Assembly (NCBI GenBank): GCA_035765415.1
Contig: DASTXR010000159.1
Span: 48 to 64,047 of the forward strand
DNA length: 64,000 bases
Origin: Steroidobacteraceae bacterium
Lineage (GTDB): Bacteria > Pseudomonadota > Gammaproteobacteria > Steroidobacterales > Steroidobacteraceae
Direction of reading: 5' to 3'
The notes under the pieces are model-generated. The model was not told the origin of the DNA. It did no database searches and saw only the letters and a program-made list of their open reading frames with translations. Positions 1-9,492 of the stretch are shown here, piece after piece. Every line of letters begins with the position of its first letter. Position 1 is the first letter of the stretch. The translations under genes and the position numbers were made by a program.

Positions 1-128
1 CGATCTTGCAGCGCCGTATTTCGCGTTGTCAATAAATACTTATAATTGTTTTCATTAAAATCTGACGTTTTGGTGCAAGGCAGCAATACGCTACCGCTAC
101 CATCCGCGCGCGATCCCGATGCGAGGAG

Positions 129-1271
129 TTAGGCGAAGCGCGCGAGCGCGCTGATTTCCGCGATCGCGGCCACCAGGTGATAGAAACTGCTCGCCGGCGC
201 GGGCTCGTCGACGAGTTTTCCGTCCGCGTCGATGCGGTCGTACCAGAGACCGGGAACGGGACAGTCGAGATAACGCAGCAGTCCATCGGCCGCGGCGACC
301 GTCATCGCGAGGTAGCGTGCTTCGCCGGTCAGTCGCGCGGCGATGGCCGCCGCCTTGAGCCTCTCGGTCTGCGGCCACAGGCGTGCGCCGGCGTCATGCG
401 CCGAGAAATCGTCGAGCATGCTGTTGATGGCGAGGCCGTTGCGCACGCCGTGGGTTTCACCGATGTCGATGAGCCGCAGTGCCGCCGCGCGCGCGCGCGC
501 GTGTTTCGCACCACCCCACCGCAACAGCAGCCAGGCCCATTCGAACTGATGACCGGGCTCGACGATGCGGCCAGGAGTGCCGGGCGCGGGGTTCCAGTCT
601 TCGTCGAAGAATTCGCGCAGCGCGCCGGTGTGCGAATCGATGAACCTGGTCAGGGCCAGCTCGGCGAGTTCATCGGCCAGCGGCTTCCACAGCGATCTTT
701 CCGAACCCATCTCGCAGCCGGCGAGCGCGGCTTCGAACAGGTGCATGTGTGGATTCGACTGCAGCGGCTGGCTCGGCGGCACGCCGGTGTCGAAGCCCTG
801 GCCCTCGCGCTTCATGTTCTCGAGCACCAGTGCCAGCAACACCTGGGATTGACGCTCGCGTTCCGCCCTCGCCTCCCCGACCGACGCCGCCACGTTGAAC
901 GCCAGCAGACCGAACGCCTGGTCGTACAGCAGCGCACGATCGTCGAGAGACGATCCGTCGGCAGCCACGAGCGTGCGAAACAGCCCGTCGGGACGCTGGT
1001 ATCGCGCCACGAAATAGTCGAGCGCGTGCTTCACCAGCGCCGCGCAGTCACCGCGCCAGCCCAGCGACGGCGCGACGGCGAAGCAATACGCCTGGCGCGG
1101 ATTGACGCGGGAACGGCGCGGCTCGACCAGCGGCTCGCCGTCCTGGGCGAGCCTTTCATGGAAGCCACCGGCCGGGTCGCGGCCGCGCGTCGACCAGAGT
1201 GGATAGGCCGAATCACACAGCCAGCCGCAAAGCTGGCTGTGTTGCCGATCGATTCGCGCCTTATCGTCCAT
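129..1271 (-). CDS. AGE-family sugar epimerase/isomerase (N-acylglucosamine 2-epimerase / mannose-6-phosphate isomerase-like)
   Basis: Track ORF 129..1475 trimmed to the internal ATG at 1271 (MDDKARIDRQ...). Sequence is typical of the AGE (alpha/alpha)6-barrel family (GHQFEWAWLL, WPQTERLKA). First gene downstream of a sugar transporter. Confidence 0.8.
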   Translation of the reverse strand: MDDKARIDRQHSQLCGWLCDSAYPLWSTRGRDPAGGFHERLAQDGEPLVEPRRSRVNPRQAYCFAVAPSLGWRGDCAALVKHALDYFVARYQRPDGLFRTLVAADGSSLDDRALLYDQAFGLLAFNVAASVGEARAERERQSQVLLALVLENMKREGQGFDTGVPPSQPLQSNPHMHLFEAALAGCEMGSERSLWKPLADELAELALTRFIDSHTGALREFFDEDWNPAPGTPGRIVEPGHQFEWAWLLLRWGGAKHARARAAALRLIDIGETHGVRNGLAINSMLDDFSAHDAGARLWPQTERLKAAAIAARLTGEARYLAMTVAAADGLLRYLDCPVPGLWYDRIDADGKLVDEPAPASSFYHLVAAIAEISALARFA

Positions 1272-1285
1272 GAGTACGACTCCGG

Positions 1286-2563
1286 TCAGTGCCCGCCGCT
1301 CGCCGTCGCCGCGGCGCCGTGTACATAGAGTTTCGCCTTTGTAGAGGCCAGCGCAATCAGTACGATCACGCCGTAAGCGGCTGCCGGCAGGAAGTACGCG
1401 GCATGCAGTCCGGCGGCATCGGCGATCATGCCGTAAATGTACGGCAGGATCGCACCGCCCACGATCGCGAGGCACAGCAGCCCCGACGTGGCGGCCGGCG
1501 CTGCACTCGAGCGTTCCAGGGTCAGCGTGAAGATCACCGGGAACATGATCGAGTTGAACAGGCCGATCGAGAGCGCCAGGTAGGCCGCCGTTTCACCGTG
1601 CAGTTGCGTAACGGCGAGACACAGCGCCGCCGCACCGAGCGCGAACGTGGCTAACAACCGCGACGCGGGCACCAGTGTCAGCAGGCCGCTGCCGATGAAG
1701 CGGCCGACCATTGCACCGCCCCAGTAGAAGCTCACCAGCTTGCCGGCTTCTTCCAGCGACACGTTCAGCATGTCGGGTTCCGCCAGGAAGTTGGTCATGG
1801 CGCTGCCGATCGAGACCTCGGCGCCCACGTACAGGAAGATCGCCAGCGCGCCGATCCGGCCCCACGGGTCTTTCATGGCCGTCATGACCGAAGGCCGCTG
1901 ACCTTCGTCCACGGGCTTCGCGACATCGAGCAGGCGGCGGAACACGAAGATGAAAACGGCCAGCAGCACGATGGCCACGGCAATCGCCAGGAAGATCCAG
2001 TCGATGTTGCGCAAGGACTCGGCACGTTGTTCGGCCGTGACCGCGATGCCCTTCTGCACGGCGAATATGCCGCCCGCGAGCAGCACGCCGGACACCAGGT
2101 AGGGCGCCAGCCAGGTGCCGAAGGAATTGAACGCCTGCGAGAACGTGAGGCGGAAATGCGAGCGTTCCGGCGGCCCGAGCGCCGCGGCGAGCGGGTTGGC
2201 GACCACCTGCAGGATGGTGATGCCGCTCGCGATGATGAACAGCGCGACGAGCACGAGCGAGAACGTGTCGAAGTACGTCGCCGCGGGAACCACGAGGCAA
2301 CCCAGCACCATGACGCCGAGCGCGAAGATGATCGACTTGCTGTTGCCGAGGCGCGCGATGAGCGCCGCGGCCGGCAGCGACACGACGAAGTAGGCCATGA
2401 AGAAGGCGAACTGCGCGAGCATCGCCTCTGCGTAGTTGAGCTCGAAGATGGCCTTCAGCGCCGCGATGAGCGGATCGATGGAGACGGTGATGAAGCCCCA
2501 CATGAAGAACAGTGTGGTGACCGTCGCGAAACCCGCACGCATGCCTGTGTAGTTAGAGTTCAT
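1286..2563 (-). CDS. MFS sugar transporter, glucose/galactose (GluP/FucP-like) family
   Basis: 425-aa polytopic ORF. The N-terminus (FATVTTLFFMWGFITVSIDPLIAALKAIF) and overall pattern match the FucP/GluP subfamily. Confidence 0.85.
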   Translation of the reverse strand: MNSNYTGMRAGFATVTTLFFMWGFITVSIDPLIAALKAIFELNYAEAMLAQFAFFMAYFVVSLPAAALIARLGNSKSIIFALGVMVLGCLVVPAATYFDTFSLVLVALFIIASGITILQVVANPLAAALGPPERSHFRLTFSQAFNSFGTWLAPYLVSGVLLAGGIFAVQKGIAVTAEQRAESLRNIDWIFLAIAVAIVLLAVFIFVFRRLLDVAKPVDEGQRPSVMTAMKDPWGRIGALAIFLYVGAEVSIGSAMTNFLAEPDMLNVSLEEAGKLVSFYWGGAMVGRFIGSGLLTLVPASRLLATFALGAAALCLAVTQLHGETAAYLALSIGLFNSIMFPVIFTLTLERSSAAPAATSGLLCLAIVGGAILPYIYGMIADAAGLHAAYFLPAAAYGVIVLIALASTKAKLYVHGAAATASGGH

Positions 2564-2606
2564 CGTACCCCTCTGAAGTGATCAACGGTTCGGAACTGGA
2601 GAATTG

Positions 2607-3809
2607 TTATAACGCCGCGACTTTCATGAGCGCGGTTCGTGTCGGCAGCAGTCGATGACTGAACGGCAGGATGGCCGCGCCCACCGCCGGCGCGTCGTCG
2701 GACAGCGCGGCGCGCGCCACCGGCGCGATCGCCGGCACGGTGCCGGCGTATGCCTCGAGACGCTGATTCAGCCGGTTCGCGATCTGGTCGACGATGCCGG
2801 CAGGCAGCCGGCCGCCGATCAGCACCGCCTCGGGATTCACCAGGCAGTTGATGGCGAGGACGGTGTCGAGCAGCGTGTCGACCGCGATTTCCACCCAGGC
2901 GCCGATGATGGCCTGGCCGCTTTCGTCGAGATCGGTGAGTTCGTTCGGAGCCGAGACCCGAATGCCTTGCGCTGCCAGCCGGCTGTAGAGCGCCGACAGC
3001 GAGACGATGTTCTGGATCTGGCGTTCGTGCCCGGTGGCATCGCGGCCGCGCAGCATGCCGAGCTCGCCGCTGCGGCCGGTGGCGCCGCGAAAGTGATTGC
3101 CGTCGATCACCACGCTGCCGCCCAGGGCCGCGGTGATGAGGATGTAGAAAAAGGTCTGGTATTTCTTGCCGAGCCCGAACTGCATCTCGCCCATGGTGGC
3201 GGCCGCGGCGTCGTTTTCGACGAACACCGGCACGTGCAGTGTTTCGCGCAACAGCGACGCCACGTCGGTGGATGCCCAGATGCCGTAGTCGGCGGGCTGA
3301 TGCGGCAGGGTAGCCGCTTTCGGCATGTCGTCCGGCAGCGCGACGCCGATGCCCACCAGCCGGTCGCGGCCGATGCCCACCTTGGCGAGTAGTTTGCCCA
3401 CGCCCCTGGCGAAGAACTGCTGCACGTCCTTGGGACTGGCGAAATTCACTTCGCGTGAAGCGCGGGCCCGCACCCGGCCTTCGAAATCGAGCACCACCAT
3501 GGTGATGTGATCGCGATCGACATTGAGCCCGATTGAAAACCAGCTGTCCGGGTTGATGACCAGCTTGGTCGCGGGCTGGCCACGTCCGCCGCGGCGCCGG
3601 CCGGCGCCCTGGATCAGGTTGTCGGTGAGCAGCCGCTTGGTGATGTTGGCGATGGCGGGCGCCGTGAGCCCGGTGATGGTCGCGAGCTCGGCGCGCGTGA
3701 TCGGCCCGTTGACGCGGATGGCGTGCAGCGTGACGCGTTGGTTGTGATCGCCGGCGCGCTCGAGGTTGGTTCCCGACAACCGCATATGCTTGCCGGATCG
3801 TTCGCTCAT
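2607..3809 (-). CDS. ROK-family transcriptional regulator
   Basis: Track ORF 2607..4385 trimmed to the ATG at 3809 (MSERSGKHMRL...), which overlaps the upstream stop as ATGA. N-terminal wHTH (ITRAELATITGLTAPAIANITKRLL) followed by a ROK sugar-kinase-like fold. Confidence 0.8.
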   Translation of the reverse strand: MSERSGKHMRLSGTNLERAGDHNQRVTLHAIRVNGPITRAELATITGLTAPAIANITKRLLTDNLIQGAGRRRGGRGQPATKLVINPDSWFSIGLNVDRDHITMVVLDFEGRVRARASREVNFASPKDVQQFFARGVGKLLAKVGIGRDRLVGIGVALPDDMPKAATLPHQPADYGIWASTDVASLLRETLHVPVFVENDAAAATMGEMQFGLGKKYQTFFYILITAALGGSVVIDGNHFRGATGRSGELGMLRGRDATGHERQIQNIVSLSALYSRLAAQGIRVSAPNELTDLDESGQAIIGAWVEIAVDTLLDTVLAINCLVNPEAVLIGGRLPAGIVDQIANRLNQRLEAYAGTVPAIAPVARAALSDDAPAVGAAILPFSHRLLPTRTALMKVAAL

Positions 3810-4756
3810 CGAGACGCGGCGGTGATTACGGGAGTGTTGACGGCTGTGGCACCGATCTCCGCATCCGCCGCGAGCGCGAGAGCGCCCAGCGGGCCGGCCA
3901 TGGTGCCGAGGCCCGGCGGAACGATGAACTGGCCGAGCCCCTGTTCGAGCTGCGGCGCTTCCACGTATCGATTCAGACTGCGCTTGAGCTCCTGCTGGAT
4001 ACGTTCGAACAGGTGGGTCTGTGCGCTCATCACGCCGCCGCCGAGAAAGATTCGCGACGGCGCGGTGGTGAGCACCATGCCGTGGATGAGCTGCGCAAGC
4101 CCGTGCGCGACGAAATCCCAGGCGGGATGATCGGGCGGCAGCTTCGACGCCGGCATGCCGACGCGCGCTTCGATGGCCGGGCCCGACGCGAGCCCTTCGA
4201 TGCAATCGCCGTGGAAGGGGCACACACCGGCAAACTTGTCGCCCGCCTTGCGCACGACGCGAATGTGACCGAGCTCCGTGTGGTTCATGCCGAATATCGG
4301 CCTGCCGCGCACGATCAGGCCAACGCCAATGCCCGTACCCACGGTGACGTAAGCGAAGTCGTCGAGACCCACCGCGGCGCCCCATCGGCCTTCGGCGAGC
4401 GCCGCGCCGTTGACGTCGGTGTCGAAAGCCACGGGCGCGCCCACGCGCCGCCCGAAACGCTGCGCCACATCGGTATCGCGCCAGCCGGCCTTGGTGGTGG
4501 AGGTGATGAATCCGTAGGTCGGAGATTCGGGACGCAGGTCGACGGGACCGAACGACGCGACGCCGAGCGCGCGCGGCGAGCCATGCTGCGAACGCCAGCG
4601 ATCGAGCACCGACTCGATCTGGCGCAGGGTTTCTTCACGCTCGCCGGTCGGCAGGCGTTCGACGGCGCGCACGTCTTCCGGACCGGTGCCGAGAATACAC
4701 ACGCACTTCGTGCCGCCCAATTCGACGCCGGCAAGTAGTTTGGTGGCGGGTGACAC
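3806..4756 (-). CDS. ROK-family sugar kinase (fructokinase/mannokinase-like)
   Basis: LAGVELGGTKCV N-terminal ATP motif, CPFHGDCIEGLASGPAI zinc/ROK signature, no HTH. Confidence 0.8.
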   Translation of the reverse strand: MSPATKLLAGVELGGTKCVCILGTGPEDVRAVERLPTGEREETLRQIESVLDRWRSQHGSPRALGVASFGPVDLRPESPTYGFITSTTKAGWRDTDVAQRFGRRVGAPVAFDTDVNGAALAEGRWGAAVGLDDFAYVTVGTGIGVGLIVRGRPIFGMNHTELGHIRVVRKAGDKFAGVCPFHGDCIEGLASGPAIEARVGMPASKLPPDHPAWDFVAHGLAQLIHGMVLTTAPSRIFLGGGVMSAQTHLFERIQQELKRSLNRYVEAPQLEQGLGQFIVPPGLGTMAGPLGALALAADAEIGATAVNTPVITAASR

Positions 4757-4757
4757 G

Positions 4758-6296
4758 TCAGCCGGCCGTTTGCGCGGCGGCGGCCTTGCGCGCGCTGGCC
4801 AGTTTCGAGTTCGCCTGGGCGAAGAAGCTGTCGTGCGTGGGCGCGGCCGCGGAATCCGCGGAGACTTTCTGGCTGATGGCCAGCATCAGGCGTTTGACCT
4901 GTTCGAAATCGACCGTGTCGACCAGCGGATCGTAGTCGCGCGGCGTGACGCCCGCGCCTTCGAAGATCCAGAACCAGTCGAGGTCGGAGAACAGCTCGGG
5001 ATGCTGCTGAATGACCTTGCCGGTGGCGCGATAGAGCTCGATGCGCCCGGCGAGCCCTTCGGGCAGCGCGAGATTCCCGAACTGCTGCCAGAACGGTGAG
5101 CCGTCGCGACGCGACAGGCAGTAGTGCAGGATGGTGAAGTCACGAATGCGCTCTAACTCCTCGCCAATGACGGCGTTGTAGCTCGCAATATTCGCGGGGT
5201 CAAACTGCCTGTCCGGGAAGTGGTCGAGCAGATTGAACAATGCGTGGGCGACGAGATGCAGGTCGGCGGCGGCCAGCGGCTCGATCACACCGGCCGCGTT
5301 TCCCAGCGCCACCACGTTCTTGTGCCAGAACTGCCGGCGCCGGCCCTGGACGAAATCCTGGCGGCGAGGCACCGCCGGCGACGCGCCGCCGATGTCCGCG
5401 ACCAGTTCCTGCAGCGCGGCTTCGTCACCCTGGTGAGCACTCGAATAGACCAGCGCGTGACTGAGGTTCTGCTGCAACGGGATGCGCCGCAGCCAGCCCG
5501 AATCGCGCGCGCGCACGCGCACGTAAGGCGGACGCGCCTCTTCGAGCGCCGAAGGCGCATGCACCAGCCGGTCACAGGGCAACCAGTGCTGCCAGCTGTC
5601 GTAGGGCGTCTCGAGAATCTCGCCGATGAGCTGCCCGCGCGAACCGCTGCAGTCGATGTACAGATCGGCGCGCAAATTGCCGCCGTCCTCGAACTGCAAT
5701 TCGTCGATGAATCCGTCTTCGCGGCGCGTGGCGCTAACAACCTTGCGCGCCAGCAGGATGACCCCGGCGCGTTCGGCGAGCGTGCGCAGGTAGCGCGCCG
5801 TGAGTCCCGCGTCCACGTGCAGCGCGTAACGCAGGTTCGGCGCGACGCCCAGCGAGTTGGTCGGGAAAATGAAGCGATTGGCCATGGCCATCGCCACTTC
5901 GAAGCTGAACAGCTCGATGCGGGGCTTGAGCCCCAGGGCCTTGCCCTTGTGCCAGAAGTGATAGAACGGCCGGCGCTCGATGAGCGCGCCCAGCGCGCCG
6001 AACGGATGCCAGAAGTTCTGCCCCTCGGCCGCCCAGTCGGTGAACCGGGTTCCAAGGCTGTAAGTGGACTGCGTCTTGTCGATGAAGTCGTTCTGCTCGA
6101 TGCCGAGGAAGCGTAACAACTCGAGATGGGTTGGCTGTGTCGCCTCGGCCTGCCCCGGATACAACGCCTCCGGTGCTTCGACCACGTGAATTGAACATTG
6201 TCCGCCGAGCTTCCTGGCCAGCATGACGGCCGCGGTCCACCCCGCGATGCCACCGCCAACGATGGCAACCCGCCTGATTCTTCGATCCGGTTCCAT
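4758..6296 (-). CDS. Tryptophan-halogenase-family FAD-dependent protein
   Basis: GxGxxG (VAIVGGGIAGW) at the N-terminus. 512 aa with the family-typical WxWxIP-like FWIFEGAGV region. The stop of this gene lies 1 nt upstream of the ROK kinase start. Confidence 0.75.
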   Translation of the reverse strand: MEPDRRIRRVAIVGGGIAGWTAAVMLARKLGGQCSIHVVEAPEALYPGQAEATQPTHLELLRFLGIEQNDFIDKTQSTYSLGTRFTDWAAEGQNFWHPFGALGALIERRPFYHFWHKGKALGLKPRIELFSFEVAMAMANRFIFPTNSLGVAPNLRYALHVDAGLTARYLRTLAERAGVILLARKVVSATRREDGFIDELQFEDGGNLRADLYIDCSGSRGQLIGEILETPYDSWQHWLPCDRLVHAPSALEEARPPYVRVRARDSGWLRRIPLQQNLSHALVYSSAHQGDEAALQELVADIGGASPAVPRRQDFVQGRRRQFWHKNVVALGNAAGVIEPLAAADLHLVAHALFNLLDHFPDRQFDPANIASYNAVIGEELERIRDFTILHYCLSRRDGSPFWQQFGNLALPEGLAGRIELYRATGKVIQQHPELFSDLDWFWIFEGAGVTPRDYDPLVDTVDFEQVKRLMLAISQKVSADSAAAPTHDSFFAQANSKLASARKAAAAQTAG

Positions 6297-6437
6297 TTAC
6301 TTCTTTAGACCTATCCGCCCCGACGCGGCGGCGAGGCTATCTGTGCGACCCGAAACCTGTCAATGAAAGCGCTTTAACTCTCGAATTTCCGCGGCAGAGA
6401 GCATAGGCTGTCCGCGCTCAAAAACAGGAGTTTTTCG

Positions 6438-9008
6438 ATGTCCCCTTCCATGTCTCATGTCCGTACCAAACATGGCGCGGCGCTCGCGCTCGTGCCTTTC
6501 CTGTTGATGCTCGGATGCAAGGACGCTGCCAAGGATGCTCCCGCGCCGGTCGCCGTGGCCGAAGATCCCGCGGCTGTTCATCCGGAAATCTGGCCGTCTC
6601 CAAAGTGGCCCTTCGCCAAAGACGACGCGCTCGAAGAAAAGGTCGCCGCGCTGCTCAAGAAGATGACGGTCGAGGAGAAGGTCGGCCAGGTCATCCAGGG
6701 CGACATCTGCTGCATCAAGCCGGCGGACATGAAGCAATACCACCTGGGCTCGATCCTCGCCGGTGGCGGTTCCTCGCCCGGCAACAATGAGCGGGCCCCC
6801 GCCAAAGAATGGCTGGCGCTGGCAGACGAGTTCTACGCCGCTTCCATCGACACCAGCAACGGCGGCGTCGGCATCCCGATGATCTGGGGCATCGATGCCA
6901 TGCACGGCCACAGCAACATCGTCGGCGCCGTGCTGTTCCCGCACAACGTGGGCCTCGGCGCCACGCACAATCCCAAGTTGTTAGGCGACATCGCGCGGGT
7001 CACCGCCGAGCAGGTGCGCACCACCGGCATCGAATGGACCTTCGCGCCCACGGTGACCGTGCCGCAGGATGACCGCTGGGGCCGCGCCTACGAGGGCTAC
7101 TCCGAAGATCCGAAACTCGTGGCGTCGTATGCCGGCGTGTTCGTGAAGGGGCTGCAGGGCGATCCCGCCTCACCCGACTTCCTCAAGGGCCCGCACGTCA
7201 TCTCCTCCACCAAGCACTACCTGGCCGACGGCGGCACCGAGAGTGGCCGCGACCAGGGCGACTCGAAGGCCACGGAAACCGAGCTGCGCGACATCCACAA
7301 CGCGGGCTACGTACCGGCCATCGAGGCGGGCGTGCAGACCATCATGATCTCCTTCTCGAGCTGGCAGGGTCAGAAGCTCAGCGGACACAAGGGCCTCATC
7401 ACCGACGTGCTCAAGAAGCGCATGAACTTCGACGGCTTCACCGTCGGTGACTGGAACGGCCATGGCCAGGTGGCCGGCTGCACCAACGACAACTGTCCCG
7501 CGGCCTTCAATGCCGGCATGGACATGTTCATGGCGCCGGATAGCTGGAAGGGCCTGTACGAGAACACGCTCAAGCAGGCGAAGGACGGCACCATCCCGAT
7601 GGAACGCCTGGACGAGGCCGTGACGCGCATTCTGCGCGTGAAGTTCCGCGCCGGGGTGTTCGACGGCATGGCGCCTTCCAAGCGCCCGCTCGGCGGCGAC
7701 TTCAAGATGCTGGCCTCGACCGAACAGCGCGCGCTGGCGCGCGACGCCGTGCGCCAGTCACTGGTGCTGCTCAAGAACAACGGCGGCCTGCTGCCGCTCG
7801 CCGCTAACAAACATGTGCTGGTCACCGGCGATGGGGCCGACAACATCAGCAAGCAGAATGGCGGCTGGACCATCACCTGGCAGGGCACGGGCCTCACCAA
7901 CGCCGACTTCCCCGGCGCGACCTCGGTGTGGGGCGGCGTGAAGGCCGCGGTGAAGGCCGGCGGAGGGACCAGCGAGTTATCCACCGACGGCAGCTACAGG
8001 AAGAAGCCTGACTACGCCATCGTGGTGTTCGGTGAGAATCCTTACGCCGAGTTCCAGGGCGACCTCAAGGTGCAGACGCTGCCGGGTTCGATGACCCAGC
8101 AGCTCGAAATCATGAAGAAGCTGCAGGAGGAGAAGATTCCGGTGGTGGCGATCCTGCTGTCGGGACGCCCGCTGTGGCAGAACCGCGAGCTGAATCTTGC
8201 CAACGCGTACGTCGCGGCCTGGCTGCCCGGCACCGAAGGCGGCGGCATCAGCGATGTCCTGTTCCGCAAGAAGGATGGCTCGGTGAACTTCGACTTCACC
8301 GGCAAGCTTGCGTATTCCTGGCCGCGCGATGCCACGGGAACGCCGCTCAACGTGAACAGGGAGCCCTACGATCCGTTGTTCCCCTTCGGATTCGGGCTGA
8401 GTTATACGGCGACCGCGGAGCTCGCGGCGCTGCCGGAAGATCCGGGCGTTCCCGCGGAGCTCATGTCCACCGGTTCGTACTTCGACAAGGGAGTGCCTGT
8501 GCAGCCCTGGTCGTTGCGCGTTTCGAGCGGCGCTGACACCACGCGCATCACCACCGTGCCGACCGAAGCCGTCGGCGGCCGAGTGAAGGTCACCGCCGTG
8601 GACGATGCCGTGCAGGAAGGCGGACGCCGCTTCCAGTTCGCGGGCGACGGCCCTGCGACCATCGCGATCTCGAGCGAAGGCGCGGTCGACGTGTCACGTG
8701 AATCGAACGGCGACGTCATGCTGCTGGTGCGCCTGCGTCGCGACGCGGACGCGCCCAAGGACCTGACTATCGGCTTGAGCTGCGGCGCGGGCTGCAGCGG
8801 CAAGCTGCCGTTCGCCGACACGCTCCGCGGCATCGACGCCGGGAAGTGGCAGACCGTCGGCGTGCCGCTCAAGTGCTTCGTCAAGAATGGCGCGGACGTG
8901 AGCAAGATCAACGAGGCGCTGAGCATCGAGACGAGCGGCAAGCTCGACCTGTCGATCTCGCAGGTCAAGCTCGGAACCGTCGCCGACAAGGTAGTTAGCT
9001 GCAATTAG
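6438..9008 (+). CDS. Glycoside hydrolase family 3 (periplasmic beta-glucosidase/exo-glucanase type), lipoprotein
   Basis: AGGAG Shine-Dalgarno 8 nt upstream. Lipobox LLMLGC. GH3 motifs (GIDAMHG, KHYLADGG, GFTVGDW). 856 aa. Confidence 0.9.
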   Translation: MSPSMSHVRTKHGAALALVPFLLMLGCKDAAKDAPAPVAVAEDPAAVHPEIWPSPKWPFAKDDALEEKVAALLKKMTVEEKVGQVIQGDICCIKPADMKQYHLGSILAGGGSSPGNNERAPAKEWLALADEFYAASIDTSNGGVGIPMIWGIDAMHGHSNIVGAVLFPHNVGLGATHNPKLLGDIARVTAEQVRTTGIEWTFAPTVTVPQDDRWGRAYEGYSEDPKLVASYAGVFVKGLQGDPASPDFLKGPHVISSTKHYLADGGTESGRDQGDSKATETELRDIHNAGYVPAIEAGVQTIMISFSSWQGQKLSGHKGLITDVLKKRMNFDGFTVGDWNGHGQVAGCTNDNCPAAFNAGMDMFMAPDSWKGLYENTLKQAKDGTIPMERLDEAVTRILRVKFRAGVFDGMAPSKRPLGGDFKMLASTEQRALARDAVRQSLVLLKNNGGLLPLAANKHVLVTGDGADNISKQNGGWTITWQGTGLTNADFPGATSVWGGVKAAVKAGGGTSELSTDGSYRKKPDYAIVVFGENPYAEFQGDLKVQTLPGSMTQQLEIMKKLQEEKIPVVAILLSGRPLWQNRELNLANAYVAAWLPGTEGGGISDVLFRKKDGSVNFDFTGKLAYSWPRDATGTPLNVNREPYDPLFPFGFGLSYTATAELAALPEDPGVPAELMSTGSYFDKGVPVQPWSLRVSSGADTTRITTVPTEAVGGRVKVTAVDDAVQEGGRRFQFAGDGPATIAISSEGAVDVSRESNGDVMLLVRLRRDADAPKDLTIGLSCGAGCSGKLPFADTLRGIDAGKWQTVGVPLKCFVKNGADVSKINEALSIETSGKLDLSISQVKLGTVADKVVSCN

Positions 9009-9181
9009 GGGCAGCCCCCTTTTCCTGGCATTGGAGTCCAACGATCGCGACACAGTGAATTGGGTGGAATCGGTAACAGAAGGGGCGCTCGATCGAGCGC
9101 CCCTTTTTTTATTTGCGATCCACCCAACCCGCTTCGTCGCAGTTGATGGACTCCAATGCCATGAAAAGGGGGCTGCCCCTA
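9006..9181. mobile_element. MITE-like palindromic element: 33-bp terminal inverted repeats (32/33 match) flanked by TA on both sides
   Basis: Left arm 9008-9040 GGGGCAGCCCCCTTTTCCTGGCATTGGAGTCCA. The reverse complement of 9147-9179 differs at one base. TA at 9006-9007 and 9180-9181. Inner arms are partially complementary (TGGGTGGAATCG / GCGATCCACCCA). The centre is a terminator hairpin. Confidence 0.5.
9082..9110 (+). terminator. Rho-independent terminator (perfect 22-nt palindrome GGGGCGCTCGA/TCGAGCGCCCC plus T7)
   Basis: Read directly from the sequence, downstream of the GH3 stop. Weaker in the opposite direction. Confidence 0.8.
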
Positions 9182-9445
9182 ACGAAGCTGGCTGTCCTTG
9201 CTGCCGCGGCGGTTGTAACCGGCGTTGTTCACGAATTCGCGGTCTTCCTTCTCCTGGCAGGCCACGCAGAGGCGCACGCCCGGTATCGCCAGCTGGCGCG
9301 CTTCGGGAATCTTCGCGCCGCATTCCGCGCACGACTCGAGTGACGGCCCGGACGGCAGGCGGCTTTTCGCACGCTTGATGCCGTCTTTGACCGTCGCGTC
9401 GATCTGATCCTGGACTGCGCCGTCCTGTGCCCAACCGGTTGCCAT
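9179..9445 (-). CDS. TraR/DksA-family C4 zinc-finger protein
   Basis: CAECGAKIPEARQLAIPGVRLCVACQ four-cysteine finger in an 88-aa protein. Confidence 0.8.
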   Translation of the reverse strand: MATGWAQDGAVQDQIDATVKDGIKRAKSRLPSGPSLESCAECGAKIPEARQLAIPGVRLCVACQEKEDREFVNNAGYNRRGSKDSQLR

Positions 9446-9492
9446 GGCGCTATTTATGGCGCGTGCCCGGGTGATTGCAAGCCGGCGTTTTC

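Noticed and set aside
1-128. A/T-rich segment (about 30-75) at the window start as a possible promoter/operator
   Set aside because: It lies downstream of the AGE gene stop, and the neighbouring gene is outside the window, so it cannot be interpreted.
177-1328. 383-aa plus-strand ORF antisense to the AGE epimerase gene
   Set aside because: Arg/Ala/Gly-rich low-complexity translation typical of a high-GC antisense shadow. The opposite strand has clear family motifs.
3810-4385. N-terminal 190-aa extension of the ROK regulator ORF in the track
   Set aside because: The extension overlaps the ROK kinase gene in another frame and is Arg/Gly-rich. An ATG at 3809 gives an ATGA coupling and a normal wHTH N-terminus.
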